A stretch of DNA of 64,000 nt, from the NCBI GenBank assembly GCA_001643675.2, contig LSRY02000016.1, positions 620,001-684,000 on the forward strand, given 5' to 3'. The stretch is from Monocercomonoides exilis PA203. Its lineage: Eukaryota > Protista > Preaxostyla. Below, one piece after another: positions 1-11,587 of the stretch. The notes beneath the pieces were generated by a model. The model was not told the DNA's origin, searched no databases, and saw only the letters and a program-made list of their open reading frames with translations. How positions within the stretch are numbered: position 1 is the first letter of the stretch; the number at the start of each line of letters is the position of its first letter. The translations under genes and the position numbers were made by a program.

Positions 1-641
1 TTGAAAACAAGAGAAATAAAAGTTTCAAAAAAGAAACAGGAGCGCTCATACATTGAATTTAATATTGCTCAATGCAAGTAAAGCCATTTCAACTTCTTTT
101 TGAGCTTCCTCGTTTTCCTCTTTCCTCAATGCAACTTTCAAAAGGCAAGGAATGCAAATCAAAATCAATTCTGAAGAAAACTTGCCGTCAAGCAAAAGAT
201 AGCATTCGCAGAGATCTATCAGTAGCTTTTCATTTTTTCCTTCTTTCTTCTTGCCTTCATCAACAATCATCTTCTCAAATCTATGCTTCAATGAAGAACA
301 TAAAAAACTAAAACTTATCAAGTTTATTAGCATCCTGTGATATCCAATATTTTTCAATATCAATATTGAATTTTCCATCGAAAGTTTCTTTTCTTTAATC
401 ATATTGTTTGTTCTATCGAACAGATCAATTGCAAAGACAGCTTTGAATTCTTCTCTAGCCATCCCTTCCACTAATCCATTCATTTCAAGTATCGTATGCT
501 TTTGTTCTTCTTTATCAAAATGCTCAAGTTCAGAAAACAATTCTTCAAAAAAAAGAAAAGAAAGAAATATAATGGACAAGTATTCAACAGCAACAAAGTG
601 GGAAAACCATTGAACTTTTTCGTGTTGTCCATCTCCTGCAT
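1..641 (-). CDS. Lineage-specific alpha-helical (ARM-like) protein of an expanded family; 5' part only, runs off the window
   Basis: ATG at 641 (MQEMDNTKKFN), GT-AG intron 607..543 joining in frame to ELFSELEH... of ORF 46..579; probable next donor (GTATGA) near 51. Helical Leu/Glu/Lys-rich sequence (LLIDLCECYLLL, EVEMALLALSNI). Confidence 0.65.
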
Positions 642-1297
642 TTTTAAAAATTCATTGCAGTCAGAAAGCAAAGCCATTTTGATATTCACATTAAATTCGC
701 ATTTGTTTGGATAGGAGAAAATAGATGAAATATAAAAACTCAAGATAGTCATAAAAATATGAGCGTTCACACTGTCATGCAATATATTTGTATTTTTTGT
801 TGGTTATTAAAAGATTAAAAAGATTTTGTCAATTTGCTTTATTTGTTATGGATTCAATGATGATAAAGTTATCTTTGAAATTAAATATTTATCCATAGAT
901 CGAGAATACATGAATGAACATTACCCATAGAACTAGGAATAATATTTCCTGTGATGGCAGCTGGGAATGATGGAGATGCAACATTTTTGGTATTCAACCT
1001 GTTGATTTCTGAAATTGGATGGACAAAGGAAATCCAACAATTTTATTCATAACACAAAAAGACGTAATGAATGTAATTTTATATTGTTTTATATGTTGTG
1101 AAGATATTTCCGTCTGTTTCCTTTCCAAAGTGCAGGAATGTGAGTTATTGTTGAAATGGCCAATCTTTTCTTTGAAGAGTAATACAATGGGAATGGAGCT
1201 GATTATTGTATGGAAATTGAGAAATAAATGAAGTTGCGCAAGATACATGATTTTTATTTGGTGCAAGAGATGAAAACAAATTTAACTGATGTTTTAT

Positions 1298-1435
1298 TAG
1301 ATGAATTGTGAATAGATTTTTTTTATTTGAATAAATACAATTTATTTGAATGAACTGGGTTTTTCTTAAATGAAGTCATGTTATTTTAGATGGTTGAAGT
1401 GACACTTGAATAAAGTGCGATACACTTAAATAAAA
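1298..1435. repeat. Left terminal inverted repeat plus 19-20 nt periodic subterminal array
   Basis: Recurring TT(G/A)AATRAA units at about 1322, 1341, 1361, 1401 and 1421. Confidence 0.6.
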
Positions 1436-4416
1436 AATATATGGAAAAGTTATTAAAACTTATTATTCTTCTTTTGTGTTATATCTTTCACTTTATCAAC
1501 AAAAAAATTGAATCATCCAAAAAAACTAAGATTCTTCTTTGTTCGTTAACAATATTTGAAATATGTTTGAAGAAGCTATTATTAAACAAATACATCTTGA
1601 AATGAAAGAAATAATCATTTTATTCTCATTATCATGTCCTGTTTTTTCTCATTAACAAAAAATGTGATCATCACGTAATTAAAAATCTTTAACAAAAATT
1701 AGCTTCTATTGATGTTAGTGGAGTATTCTACAACAAACAATGCAAATATTTCTGAAGCGCTCAGTCGAGTCGACAGATTGATGCTGTTTTCATCTTTGCA
1801 GCTTTCTCCATTGACTGAATAAATTACAAATTAATTTATCAATTTCTTTTTTCAAAACTGCTCTTCATTTATCTTCTCAGCATTATTCTTCACCATTCCC
1901 CACTTAGCCTCGGGTGACGTCTCATCATTACCACTCAAATGCCTTCGTATCCTTTATCACTGTATCATCAGCAATCTTCTTGATTTTTCTAACTTCTTCT
2001 TAAACCTTTCTCCTTCGAATAGGAGTAACAATTGAAGCAATCGGAACAATCAGAAACAGGAATGCAAATATCGCAATCACAATCATTGGCCACATTGATT
2101 TTCATTCTTTTCCTCCTTCAACATTTCTTTCATCTCCTTTTGGCTCAACCTCGCTTCTGTTTTTCAGAATGAATGAATCTGTTGAAGCTGGAGATTCGAC
2201 CCTTCCAAATAAGATTTTCACAGACACTTCTGTAACTTCAGACGCAGTAGTAACAATTGATGCTGGAATGGCTGTGTGAATATCTGTTTCGCCTGCAAAC
2301 TCTTCTGCTTGCAGCGGAAACACCTGCAGATTGTGAATTAAGCCATCGAAGGAATCAACCTGGAGGGACAAGCCACAAGGCAGGAGCAAGGAGCCAGAAG
2401 GATCAATGGCAAGGTTACTGCCTTGTTGGTGAGACTTCACTGAATGCAGCTGCGGAATGAAGAACGGAGATGGAGGCCAGCAAAAGTGCAGTCAGACATC
2501 GTCAATCTTCCACCGCTCATTTCAACGATCGAGCAATTCAGTTCAATTTCAGATCCTCCAACAGAAGCTTCTTGAGCAAAGATTGTGTCTGCAATCGACA
2601 AGTTGCCATCAGCAAGCGATACTAAGCTGGAACGAGAAGAAGAAAAAGCATTCCCAAACAGAATTGTCAGAAACTCCATTTTCACTCTCGACGAACATGC
2701 AACAAGGCTGCCCGTCTTGCTCTCGATGCTGCAGTTCAGCTGAACATTCCCTCTTACTCCTTCTTAATCCAGTGACTTGATCCAAACATCGCAAGCGCTT
2801 GCTTCCCATGACGCCACAGCACTTTTGTTAATCAGCAAATTGCTGTAAACTGAAGGAATTATGTGAGACAACGCAACGTTCAACGAAGAGCAGGGCGCAG
2901 TGATATCTCCGCATTGGCGTGAATCTGAGGCGTTATCTGCTGAAGAAGATGCAAATATTGTCTCGCTCTGATACACAACAATCAGCTCTAATAAATCTTC
3001 CTCGTCACAATAATTCTGTGCTGCGCATCCCCACATGGCAAGATCCCGAACAAACGGAGGTCTGAAGTCGAGTTTGAAGAGCTAGTTGCCGATTTAAGTT
3101 TTTTCGTTCACTCATTTAACATATAAGTTTCTTTCAACAAATGCTTTATTCTCCAAGAATGTGATGTTTTTCAACAGGAAAGGCAACGTGCTATCGCTTG
3201 CAATTGATGAGCAATCCAGTAATATTACGCCTCCTCTTCCAGTTGCAGAGTAGAAACACTCCGAGACAGCAGAAAAACGGCACTCGAAAAAGCTTTCTTC
3301 GCTTCAACTCATAATCATTCCTCCACCGCTCTTGCTTTGGCTGCTTCCACTGTTCTTTATCGACGTGTTTTGCACAGACACGCTGCAAGGATCGCTTCCA
3401 ATGTTGCTGATAAGGAAGGTTCAGAAGGAATGTTTTGGAGAAGCGAGCGAAGGAACAACATTTGAGTTATGCTGTTGAACTGTCGCCTCATTTAATTTCA
3501 GTGACTCGTCTTGCAATTCAGCCTGCGCAAAATACTACCACAATGCTTCCGAACATCAGCTCCATATTGATCGTCGAGACATTCGTCAAGTCAACGCTGT
3601 TACCATTCAATGCGTTGTGTATGCGATCTTTTGTTTTGATGGTTTGATTGAGCAGAGAAGAATTTCGCATGTTCCAGACAGGCAGACAACGATGAAACAA
3701 GAAATGCTTGTGTGAGAAGCTCGTCCAAATAGAAAGAGAAAAGCGGTTGAACTTTATTCATTATTCAATGAAATTATGATAACAATTAAGTTTGTTTTTA
3801 AATCCGTTTTTTTATAAATATCGATCGTAGTAATGTGTTTATGATTTTTTCCGATCCTTTAATGCTATTGGTCCAAGAAGAGCAGAAATAAAGTTGTTTG
3901 CATATATATTGATGCAATCCAATTTGTTATTCAACATAATTTCAATTCTCTTTATTTGCGAATTTGAAAAAACGCTAATCATTTCATAATTCATAAAATT
4001 CTACTTTTCATCAATATTTAACAAATGTTAAAACAAGTGGATTACATAATTGGAAAGTTTAGCAAACTACTAATGTCATGATGATGCGTTTTGAATCGTT
4101 TGTTAGTGCAAAAGAATTAAAACATTTCAAAAAATATTTTGATCCTTTCGATCATTAAAAATATTTGATGAAAACAACAAAAATCATTACAAAAATAACA
4201 TTAACTGTTTTCAAATAATATAAGAATATTATCAGTTATCAATTTTTACACATTTTAAATATTTGTTTTTTATCTTAATTTTCGAAACTCAAATGAACTC
4301 AGTCTATCTTAAATGAACTCGGTTTATTCGAATAAACACTATCAATTCGAATAAACAAGAGTTCATTTGAATAAACCTAGTTTATTTGAATAAAAAAAAT
4401 CTATTCAAAATTCATC
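1300..4416. mobile_element. Putative non-autonomous TIR DNA element (~3.1 kb) flanked by TA, carrying a host-gene fragment
   Basis: 1298 TAGATGAATTGTGAATAGATTTTTTTTATTTGAATAAA...AATGAACT matches the reverse complement read back from 4418 (about 49/59 nt); the match stops at the TA on both sides; no transposase inside. Confidence 0.6.
1780..3760 (-). pseudogene. Decayed, internally deleted paralogue of the receptor-pseudokinase at 54878..63103 (last ectodomain module, TM and juxtamembrane region)
   Basis: GRGGVILLDCSS, AMWGCAAQNYCDEEDLL, SDSRQCGDITAPCSSLNVALSHII, GSLLLPCGLS and ILKNRSEVEPKGDERNVEGGKE align by eye to GRGGVIFLDCSS, AIWGCTMQTFEDEEDLL, SDSIHCGSSSAPCESVNVGLRHVI, GLLLLPCNLS and ILKNKSESGSKGDERIVEGGNE; many stops and frameshifts. 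Ends are approximate. Confidence 0.85.
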
Positions 4417-4418
4417 TA
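4286..4418. repeat. Right terminal inverted repeat plus about 7 units of 19-20 nt with palindromic core GTTTATTCGAATAAAC
   Basis: Units actcaaatgaactcagtct / atcttaaatgaactcggttt / attcgaataaacactatca / attcgaataaacaagagttc / atttgaataaacctagttt / atttgaataaaaaaaatct / attcaaaattcatcta. Confidence 0.7.
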
Positions 4419-6461
4419 GGGTGATTTATTAACCCGAATATTTTTTTGAAAACCCGAATAAAAAATAATCAAATTTATTTTTGTGTATTGTGTATTGATT
4501 TCGTTTTTGAAAAAATTTTAATAATAAATATAATCAACAAGCTCTCGTTTGACAATTTTTCGAGTATTTCTTTCTTTTTTTTCATCATCAGAAAAATCAT
4601 CATTTAAAATTTTCAATGGGTTGAATTTTCTTTTTTTCGGTTTTTCATCTTCAAACAAAGCCTTTTCAATTTCTTCATTATCTTTTTCTTCATTTTTTGA
4701 CTCTTTTCTTTCATCCTTTTCTTTTTTCCATTCTATTAAGAATTCTTCATCGGTAATTAATTTTCCAAAATAATCAAACCTTTTTGTTCTTTTCTTCAGA
4801 GTTACAGAAGGTTCTTTTGGCAGCTTCGCAAACACTTCGTGCCACTGATGTGACAGTACTCAGCTCTTCGCAAATGATGATTTGATTGTGGAAGGCAACA
4901 AAGAAGTTTGTAAAGCTTGTGGAAGCACATCAGCGAGCGCTTCTCGTCGCAAAACAACAGAAGAAGAAGAAGGCGCTTCATAATTAGCATTTATTGTCTT
5001 TTTAAAAACAGCAAACACTCCACGATCCAACGGCTGTGCGATGTGAGTGGTGTGTGGCACGAAGGTGACCACATCTATTGAAGAATCGGCGAACTTCTTC
5101 CACAAGTCAGGCTGCGCTCTCGAAGAATGAGAATCAAGAAGGAGAAGGCAACGTTCATCATTCTTCTTCAAAGTTTCTCTTCTTTGCGCGATTCCTGGAA
5201 GCAACACTTCTTCAGCATATTTGAGGAATAGCGCTTCAGTCATCCAGCCTTCATTTTCACCCCAAACATCTAACTGCGAACTCAGAACAAGGCGCAGTTC
5301 ATCTGGCAGTTTCCGACAAGGCCACAGAACGACACTTTTTAGGGAGTAGCCATCAGCTGCAGCTGCAACGACAAGAGTTGCATTCGGCATGTTCATTGGT
5401 GTTTTGGAGAAACCGGCAGGCATGTCGGAAGGATGGAAAACAAGAGAAGAGAAAGAATCAGAGAGTCGGAGAGAAGATTCATCGATATTAAAGATGAGAG
5501 AGTTAGAATAATGATGTTGATCATGAAGGTTTTGCAGAAGAGTGAAAAATGGAAGAAGAGTTTGTTGATTTGATGCGGAGAGCCTTTGGATGTCGACATT
5601 TCGAGGATGAGAAGCTTTGAGATCGGGGTTCCTCTTTGTGTATTGATAAGGATATGCTTTTGAAATTTTCACTTCTTCATCTTCTTCATCAAAATCGTCT
5701 TTTTTCCTATCATTTATAACAGTGTTCATCTGAATATATAAAAAAATAAATAAAAACAACAAATTTAATATTGTGACAAACTAATTTCCTCATTTGTGCA
5801 GCATTGTAACTTGTCCCACTTTCACATTCGATTTTTAGTACACCAAATATCGTTTCCTTTTCTTCCTTATTGAATAATTCTGGTCTTCCATTCTGTCCTA
5901 CTTTTCTTCCTTTTTCCACAGCTGCAACTGCTCTATCAATTGCCGAGCGAGTAAATTCCTTCATGTTCGCAGCATCTGCAAACCCAACTTCTCAATTAGC
6001 GATAATTGTTGCAACACGTTCAAATATGTTTTCAAAATGGCGATTATGAAAGGGTCTCATTGAATTTCTTATTTTCTTAAACCCTTGTCGTTTTTGATTT
6101 TCGACAACACTTATTTCAAAAATAAATTTTGGCAATGATCTCTCTCTATTTTTATAAAAAAAATATTTTTTGAAATAGAAAAAAATAAAAAAAATTTTTT
6201 TTCAATCAAATTCAAACTTAATAAGTCCCCTTGCTATTACCTAATCTCCTCAGGGGAGGCACTAATCAGAGATGGAGGAGCTAACCCCCCCATCTCCCCC
6301 CCCATCAGAGATTAGGTATAGTAATTTGATCTTAATTTCTGACTTCTGACTTTTCCTTATATACTCAAAACAATTAATAAAATATGAAAAGTGGGTTGAT
6401 TAAACTTATAAATAAAAAAAATGTTCGGGTTAAAAAAAATATTCGGGTTAATAAATCACCC
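4419..6461 (-). mobile_element. pogo-type (Tc1/mariner-related, DD35D) DNA transposon, 2,043 bp, TA target-site duplication
   Basis: Perfect 29-bp TIR GGGTGATTTATTAACCCGAATATTTTTTT (4419-4447 / 6433-6461); second AACCCGAA copy just inside each end; TA at 4417-18 and 6462-63; DDE_1-type transposase inside. Confidence 0.93.
4518..6150 (-). pseudogene. DDE_1/CENP-B-like pogo transposase, intron-containing, with two in-frame TGA stops
   Basis: Triad IFNIDES / LLLLDSHSS / QPLDRGVF with 35 residues between D2 and D3; HTH-like N-terminus (GRPELFNKEEKE); intron 5781..5730; TGA at 5992-94 and 4860-62 with the frame continuing. 5' end uncertain. Confidence 0.88.
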
Positions 6462-7416
6462 TATTGAATGAAGATTTAAGGATGGAATTCTGTGAAGGCC
6501 AAAATCTGCACAATATTGCATAGCATTTTGGAAGCATAAGGCAGGGGGAACAGTTTGTGATATTTTTGGAAAAGGAAAGTGACTGGCAACATCAAGAGAA
6601 GGATATTTATCACAAAAAATAGCCACAATTCAAGGGAAAAAAGGAGAACCCCAAAATGACAATTAAATTTATAAGGTTTTCCTGTTTCTTGGACTGCGCC
6701 AGGCAGAAGTGGATAGCAAAGAAATTCTATTTTTGATTGTGTTTTCAAACCAAAGCAAAGAAGATAATATATTTAAGGAGATATCCAATTGTCGAATATT
6801 AGCTTGCAGTCGAAGGGCATCCAGGCCAAACGCTTTTGAATTTTATTCTTCGAAGGGACAGCTATTTTGAGCAAGCAAGGCGATTATCATTCGAAGTTTG
6901 CTTTCTTCGATGCCACAGCCGATGAAAGAGAATATGATGGATTTTGTTTTCATCATTTGTTTTTCAACAAAGTTGTTGTTTCACTCAGATTATATGTTTG
7001 TGCATGGTCCTTTGAATTTTGTGCATTGTGCATCAGAGAATGCATTTCAGAAGCATTGCCATCTGCAGCATGAGCATCGATGAATGAATGCCAACTTTTT
7101 CTATCATTCTTCCTCCTCGTTGTTGAAGCACAGCCAACTCATTCTCTTCATTTTCTTCATGGCTTATCTTCCTCATCCTCAATCTCGTTGACGTTTGATG
7201 CCTTTCAATCACACAGGGCGAAGAGCCATGTCCTTCAAGCACAGAAAGATGAGCATCCCTTCCTTCCCATGCAGCTCCGTTTCGTCTGCTTCGATCTGCA
7301 GATCGTTATTGTCTATTTCTTCTTCTTTTTCTTCTGCGAAGCGAGCTTGGAAAATGTCCAAAAGCACAAAGCGTGGTCATTCAAGCCACAAGCACCCAAA
7401 GTCTGCAAACGCTGAT

Positions 7417-7417
<1 letters not shown>

Positions 7418-7460
<43 letters not shown>
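7418..7460. repeat. Poly-T tract (43 nt)
   Basis: Direct observation. Confidence 0.9.
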
Positions 7461-7462
<2 letters not shown>

Positions 7463-7932
7463 AAACTTTTGTTTCAAAATTTGAAAATTTAGTGTGAAAA
7501 TGAATGAAGAGCTATCTTTAGTCACATGAATGTTTGAAGCCAGATTTGATATTATAAAGCGATAACAATTGTAAAATAAGTCTCAATAAATAAATACCCA
7601 CCGATGAAGTTGATAAAAAAGAACATTAAAACATGCACATGACCAGTAATTGCTGTTACAATTCCCAACTAATTGTGAGAGGCATTGGAAAAAATGCAGC
7701 ACTCTTCTTTAAATAAAGATGAATTGTGAATCAAAGCTCAAACATGAGAATAAAAGTTCTTCTAACTTATATTACACATTTCTTATTAAAAATAAATTAC
7801 TCATTAAATTTTCATTGCGATGAAATGAATTCTTTTCAAAATACTGCTTTGAAATTTTTTATGATAAAAAATCATCATTAAAAATTAAATAAAAAATTAA
7901 ATAAAAAATTAAAAGTTTTCAGAAAGAAAAGT

Positions 7933-10900
7933 TTATTGTTTAATAAGAGACACAAGAGCATTGAAATGTGAAGATTTAGACGTGTTGCGTCGGGCAACTC
8001 CAGAAGAAGATTTAAAAGATCCCTTTTGTTGGCTGTTTGAATATTCATTTGTTGGCTTTTTCTTTGTTCCAATCAGTGAAAATGATGCCTTTTGCTTTGT
8101 TTTGCTTTTACATTCTTCTGCTTGAGGCTGTCTGATTTTGGTGATACTTTCAGAAGGAACTGAAGAAAAGGATGGTGAAAAAGCATCTGATCGAAGTTCT
8201 GTGCAATCTGATGGTGATCCAATTGTTGCGCAACTCTTTAAGTTGTTTGCACAATTAACATTTTGTGGAAGTAATTCTGGCTTGAGAGCAGAATCAAAGA
8301 AATCATCCGTCTCATGGATTACTGTGCTGCCTGGCTCCAACCCGTTCGCTGTATTATTCTGTTCTTTGGAATCAAAAATTTCGTTTCCACTTTTCAATAT
8401 ATCATCGACCATCCCTTTCAAAGAACTTATCTCTTCTTCTCTCTTTCTCTTTTCCTCCTGCTCAATTCTTTTCTGCTCCCTGACTTGCCTTTTCTTTTGA
8501 ATCATTAACCTCCACTTGGGAAGTACAGATCGAGCGAGTTCCTGTTCAATCAAAAGGGCATCATCCATCCATCCTTCCCAACACTCCATTTCTCTTCTAT
8601 TTTGCTGATGGCCTCTGGCTTTGCAGCTTTCTCCCCCATGAATTAAATCAAAGCCAGTTTCAAATGAATCCCATCTGCTTTTATCCCTTTGTTGAGATAA
8701 AATTCCATCTTTTCCATGCAATTTACCGAAAGTTTGAGTGTTGCTGTTAGCGATTCTTGACTGACAGCTCACTTTTTCATTTCTGTATAAAGTGAACCTG
8801 ATGTGTGGGTGATCAGCAATCATTTGCTGAATAAGTTGGACTTGAACTGCATTCACGTGAGATTCCTTCTTCTTAATGTTGTTATTCAATTGAAACTGAG
8901 AATTTGCAATATCCATTCGAGATGCAACAGAAGCAGATGCGCCAGCAGAATTGGAGAAAGGAGCAAACTTTCGAGCAGCTGTCAACGGCTGAGATGAAGG
9001 CTTTGAAGAAAGAGTTACAAGTGAAATGAATTTTGTATCTTCTTTCTTCGATTGATTTGCTTGGCTGAATGATCCAAATGGAGACATTGAAGAAGCAGAG
9101 GATGAAAAAGATTGCTCACGTTTTTGCCCACTTTTAGTCCAATTAGCGTCTGAAGCACCAGATTGCTCATTTGAAGAAAGGAATGGATCATCAATTGTGC
9201 AGTGAGTCAGCGAAGGGAAGCTGAGAAAGTCATCAACAACAGCTGCAGACACTGCAGATGAACAGCCTGTAACAGAAAGGCGCGAAAGAGATGGGAGAAA
9301 CAGAGAGGCTGAAGGTCTGAAATGAACTCCATGCAATGAAAGAGTGTGCAAGACTGAGCAAGACAACGAAAAGAAAGTCAAAGAAGATGAAGACGACGAT
9401 GATGAAGAATCTCGTTTGCCGTTCTTTTTTTCAAATGTGCTTGAAGCACATTCCGTTTCAGCTTCATTCTCCTCTTCCTCATCGAAGCTCAATTCGCAAA
9501 TATCTTCTTCTTCATCTTCTTTTTCAAATTCATCTGACTGGTGTTCTCGACTTGCTAAGAAACTAACTTCCTGCTTGACTTGAAGAACTCGGAGTGAATC
9601 AGACGAAATCAGAACATTTCGTAAATTGTGGCAATCAATAATTCTCAGAGCTGTCAGTGTATTGGTAGCAATATCGATCGACTCCAAAAAGCTACATTCT
9701 CTGAGAACGAGTGTCCGAAGTGAAGAAGAAGAATCAATAAACCTGCATATTGCCTGAGAGCTCAGTTTGTTAATATCAATTTTTTCGTTTGCAGCTTGTG
9801 GAATCGAAGCATTCTCTGAAGGCGTGGCGTTTTCTTTTGAAGGTTCCTGCTCAGCTTCAATTTGGCCTTCAACTTCTGCTGGCTGTTCGGTTTGTTGTGA
9901 TGAACGTTCATTGTCCAATTCAGATGGAGCTTTTTGCTCGTTAAATATCTTTTCTTCAGTTTCTGGATTTTGAGTTGTACTTTCTGTTTGCTGAGTCGAT
10001 GCTTCAATCTTGTCTTCAACTTTATCACCATCTTTTTCTGTTGCGACAAGAATTTCAGGCTTTTCTATCAAACTTACATCTTTTTCCTTTTCATCCGTAA
10101 GATTACTACTGTTCGAAACAGATTCAGAGGCTTGAACAATTAGTTCGTTGTTTTCGCTCTCTTTGTTCTTCTGCGAAATGCTTTCTTGTTTGCAGTTCTT
10201 TTTCTTCCTCTTTGTTATCAAGCGAGGTGCATCAATGGCAGAGCAGTGAGAAATCACCAATTCTTGAAGGAAAGGACAGTCATGCAAAAGAGAATTTAGC
10301 AAGGCGGAAGAAACAAAAGAACAGAAGGAAAGGCAGAGGCGAGTGATAGTTGGAGGAAAAACAGGGAAAGGATAGAGATGAGTGTTCATTGAATTATGTA
10401 ATGAGCTAACTGATGAATGCGTTTTCTGTTCCATTCCTTCTGTTGTTCCACCTTCAATCTGATTTTCTGATGCTTTTAAGGAAGATTGAGCATTTTGAGC
10501 TTTTTCGCTTGTCTTTGAGACATCATTGATACATGAATTTGACTCTTTGGAATTGGAATCTGCAATGTCATCAGCATCTCCGAGTTCGTCTGGAAGTTCC
10601 GTCTTATCCTGTGTATTCATCAAAAATACACCGCATAGCATAGCTGATGTTGGTCTAAGAAAAGATAGGATCTGTGCCAAGCAAAGCAGTGAAAGAAATC
10701 TGGCAGGAAGCATATAAAGAGACGGGAAGAGTGAGAATGAAGTGTTCATTGAATCGTGGTGTGACGCAGATTGAGAAATCAACTCTGAAGAAGTATTTGG
10801 AGCACCGCAAAAAGAGCTTGGCAGGAAGTCTTCATTTCGCGAAGCTGCATCAGCCCAACAAGCAACTTGTTCATTTGATGAATCTGTTTGAATGTGCTTC

Positions 10901-11545
10901 ATTGAATCGTACTGATAGGTTGAGAACAAAGTCGTTGGAGAAATAACAATATTTGACAATATCACTTGGAACTGTTGTTTTCTAGCTCTCCTCTTTTCTT
11001 CTTCTTCCATGTCATCCATTTCTATTAGCTTCCTTCTTTCTTCTTTCTTTCTTTTCTCTTCACTTGTTAATCCAATATTCCTTTTATTCCTTTTGTTTTC
11101 ATACTCTGCATCATAATTTCCTTGATGAGCATCATTTTCTCTGACAAACTCAGGATTCAATGCTTCTTCTTCATCCATTTCAATGTTTTCAAACACAGAA
11201 TCTTCGTTCATGGCTTCCTCTTCTTCAAACACTGCTCGTTCTCTTTCTTCGTTTCTGTCTTCATCTTCAGCAGTAGGCAGCTCCAACGTTTGCTGTTTAA
11301 CAAATTCATACCATTCTTCTCGTCGTGCTAACAATTCATCGTCAAAATCAACTGGCTCTTCGTCAAACTGGTGAAGTTTTGCTTCTTCTTCCATCCGCTT
11401 TTTCATTTCCTTTTCAAGCTTTTTCTTTTCTTTCATTTCTGCTCTCAATTCAGCTTTTGTCTTTTTTTTGATCAATGTCTTTTTCTTTGCTCCTTCCTCT
11501 TCCTCTTCCTCTTCCTCTTCCTCTTCCTCTTCTTCTTCCTCCTCC

Positions 11546-11587
<42 letters not shown>

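Noticed and set aside
900-1297. ORFs 1019..1231 and 994..1266 (also 6476..6748) as genes
   Set aside because: Short, no motifs; at most decayed sequence flanking the insertions.
4286-4418. Periodic palindromic array as a CRISPR
   Set aside because: Period is only 19-20 nt, there are no unique spacers or cas genes, the context is eukaryotic, and the array is mirrored at the other end of a TIR element.
6226-6310. C-run-rich patch in the pogo 5' region as a separate ncRNA or G-quadruplex element
   Set aside because: Lies within the transposon leader or first exon; no defined structure can be supported by eye.
7000-7460. Poly-T tract with adjacent short ORFs as a retrocopy or SINE
   Set aside because: No convincing TSD, Pol III boxes or recognisable parent; similar homopolymers at 42695-42731 and 43372-43405 look like slippage.
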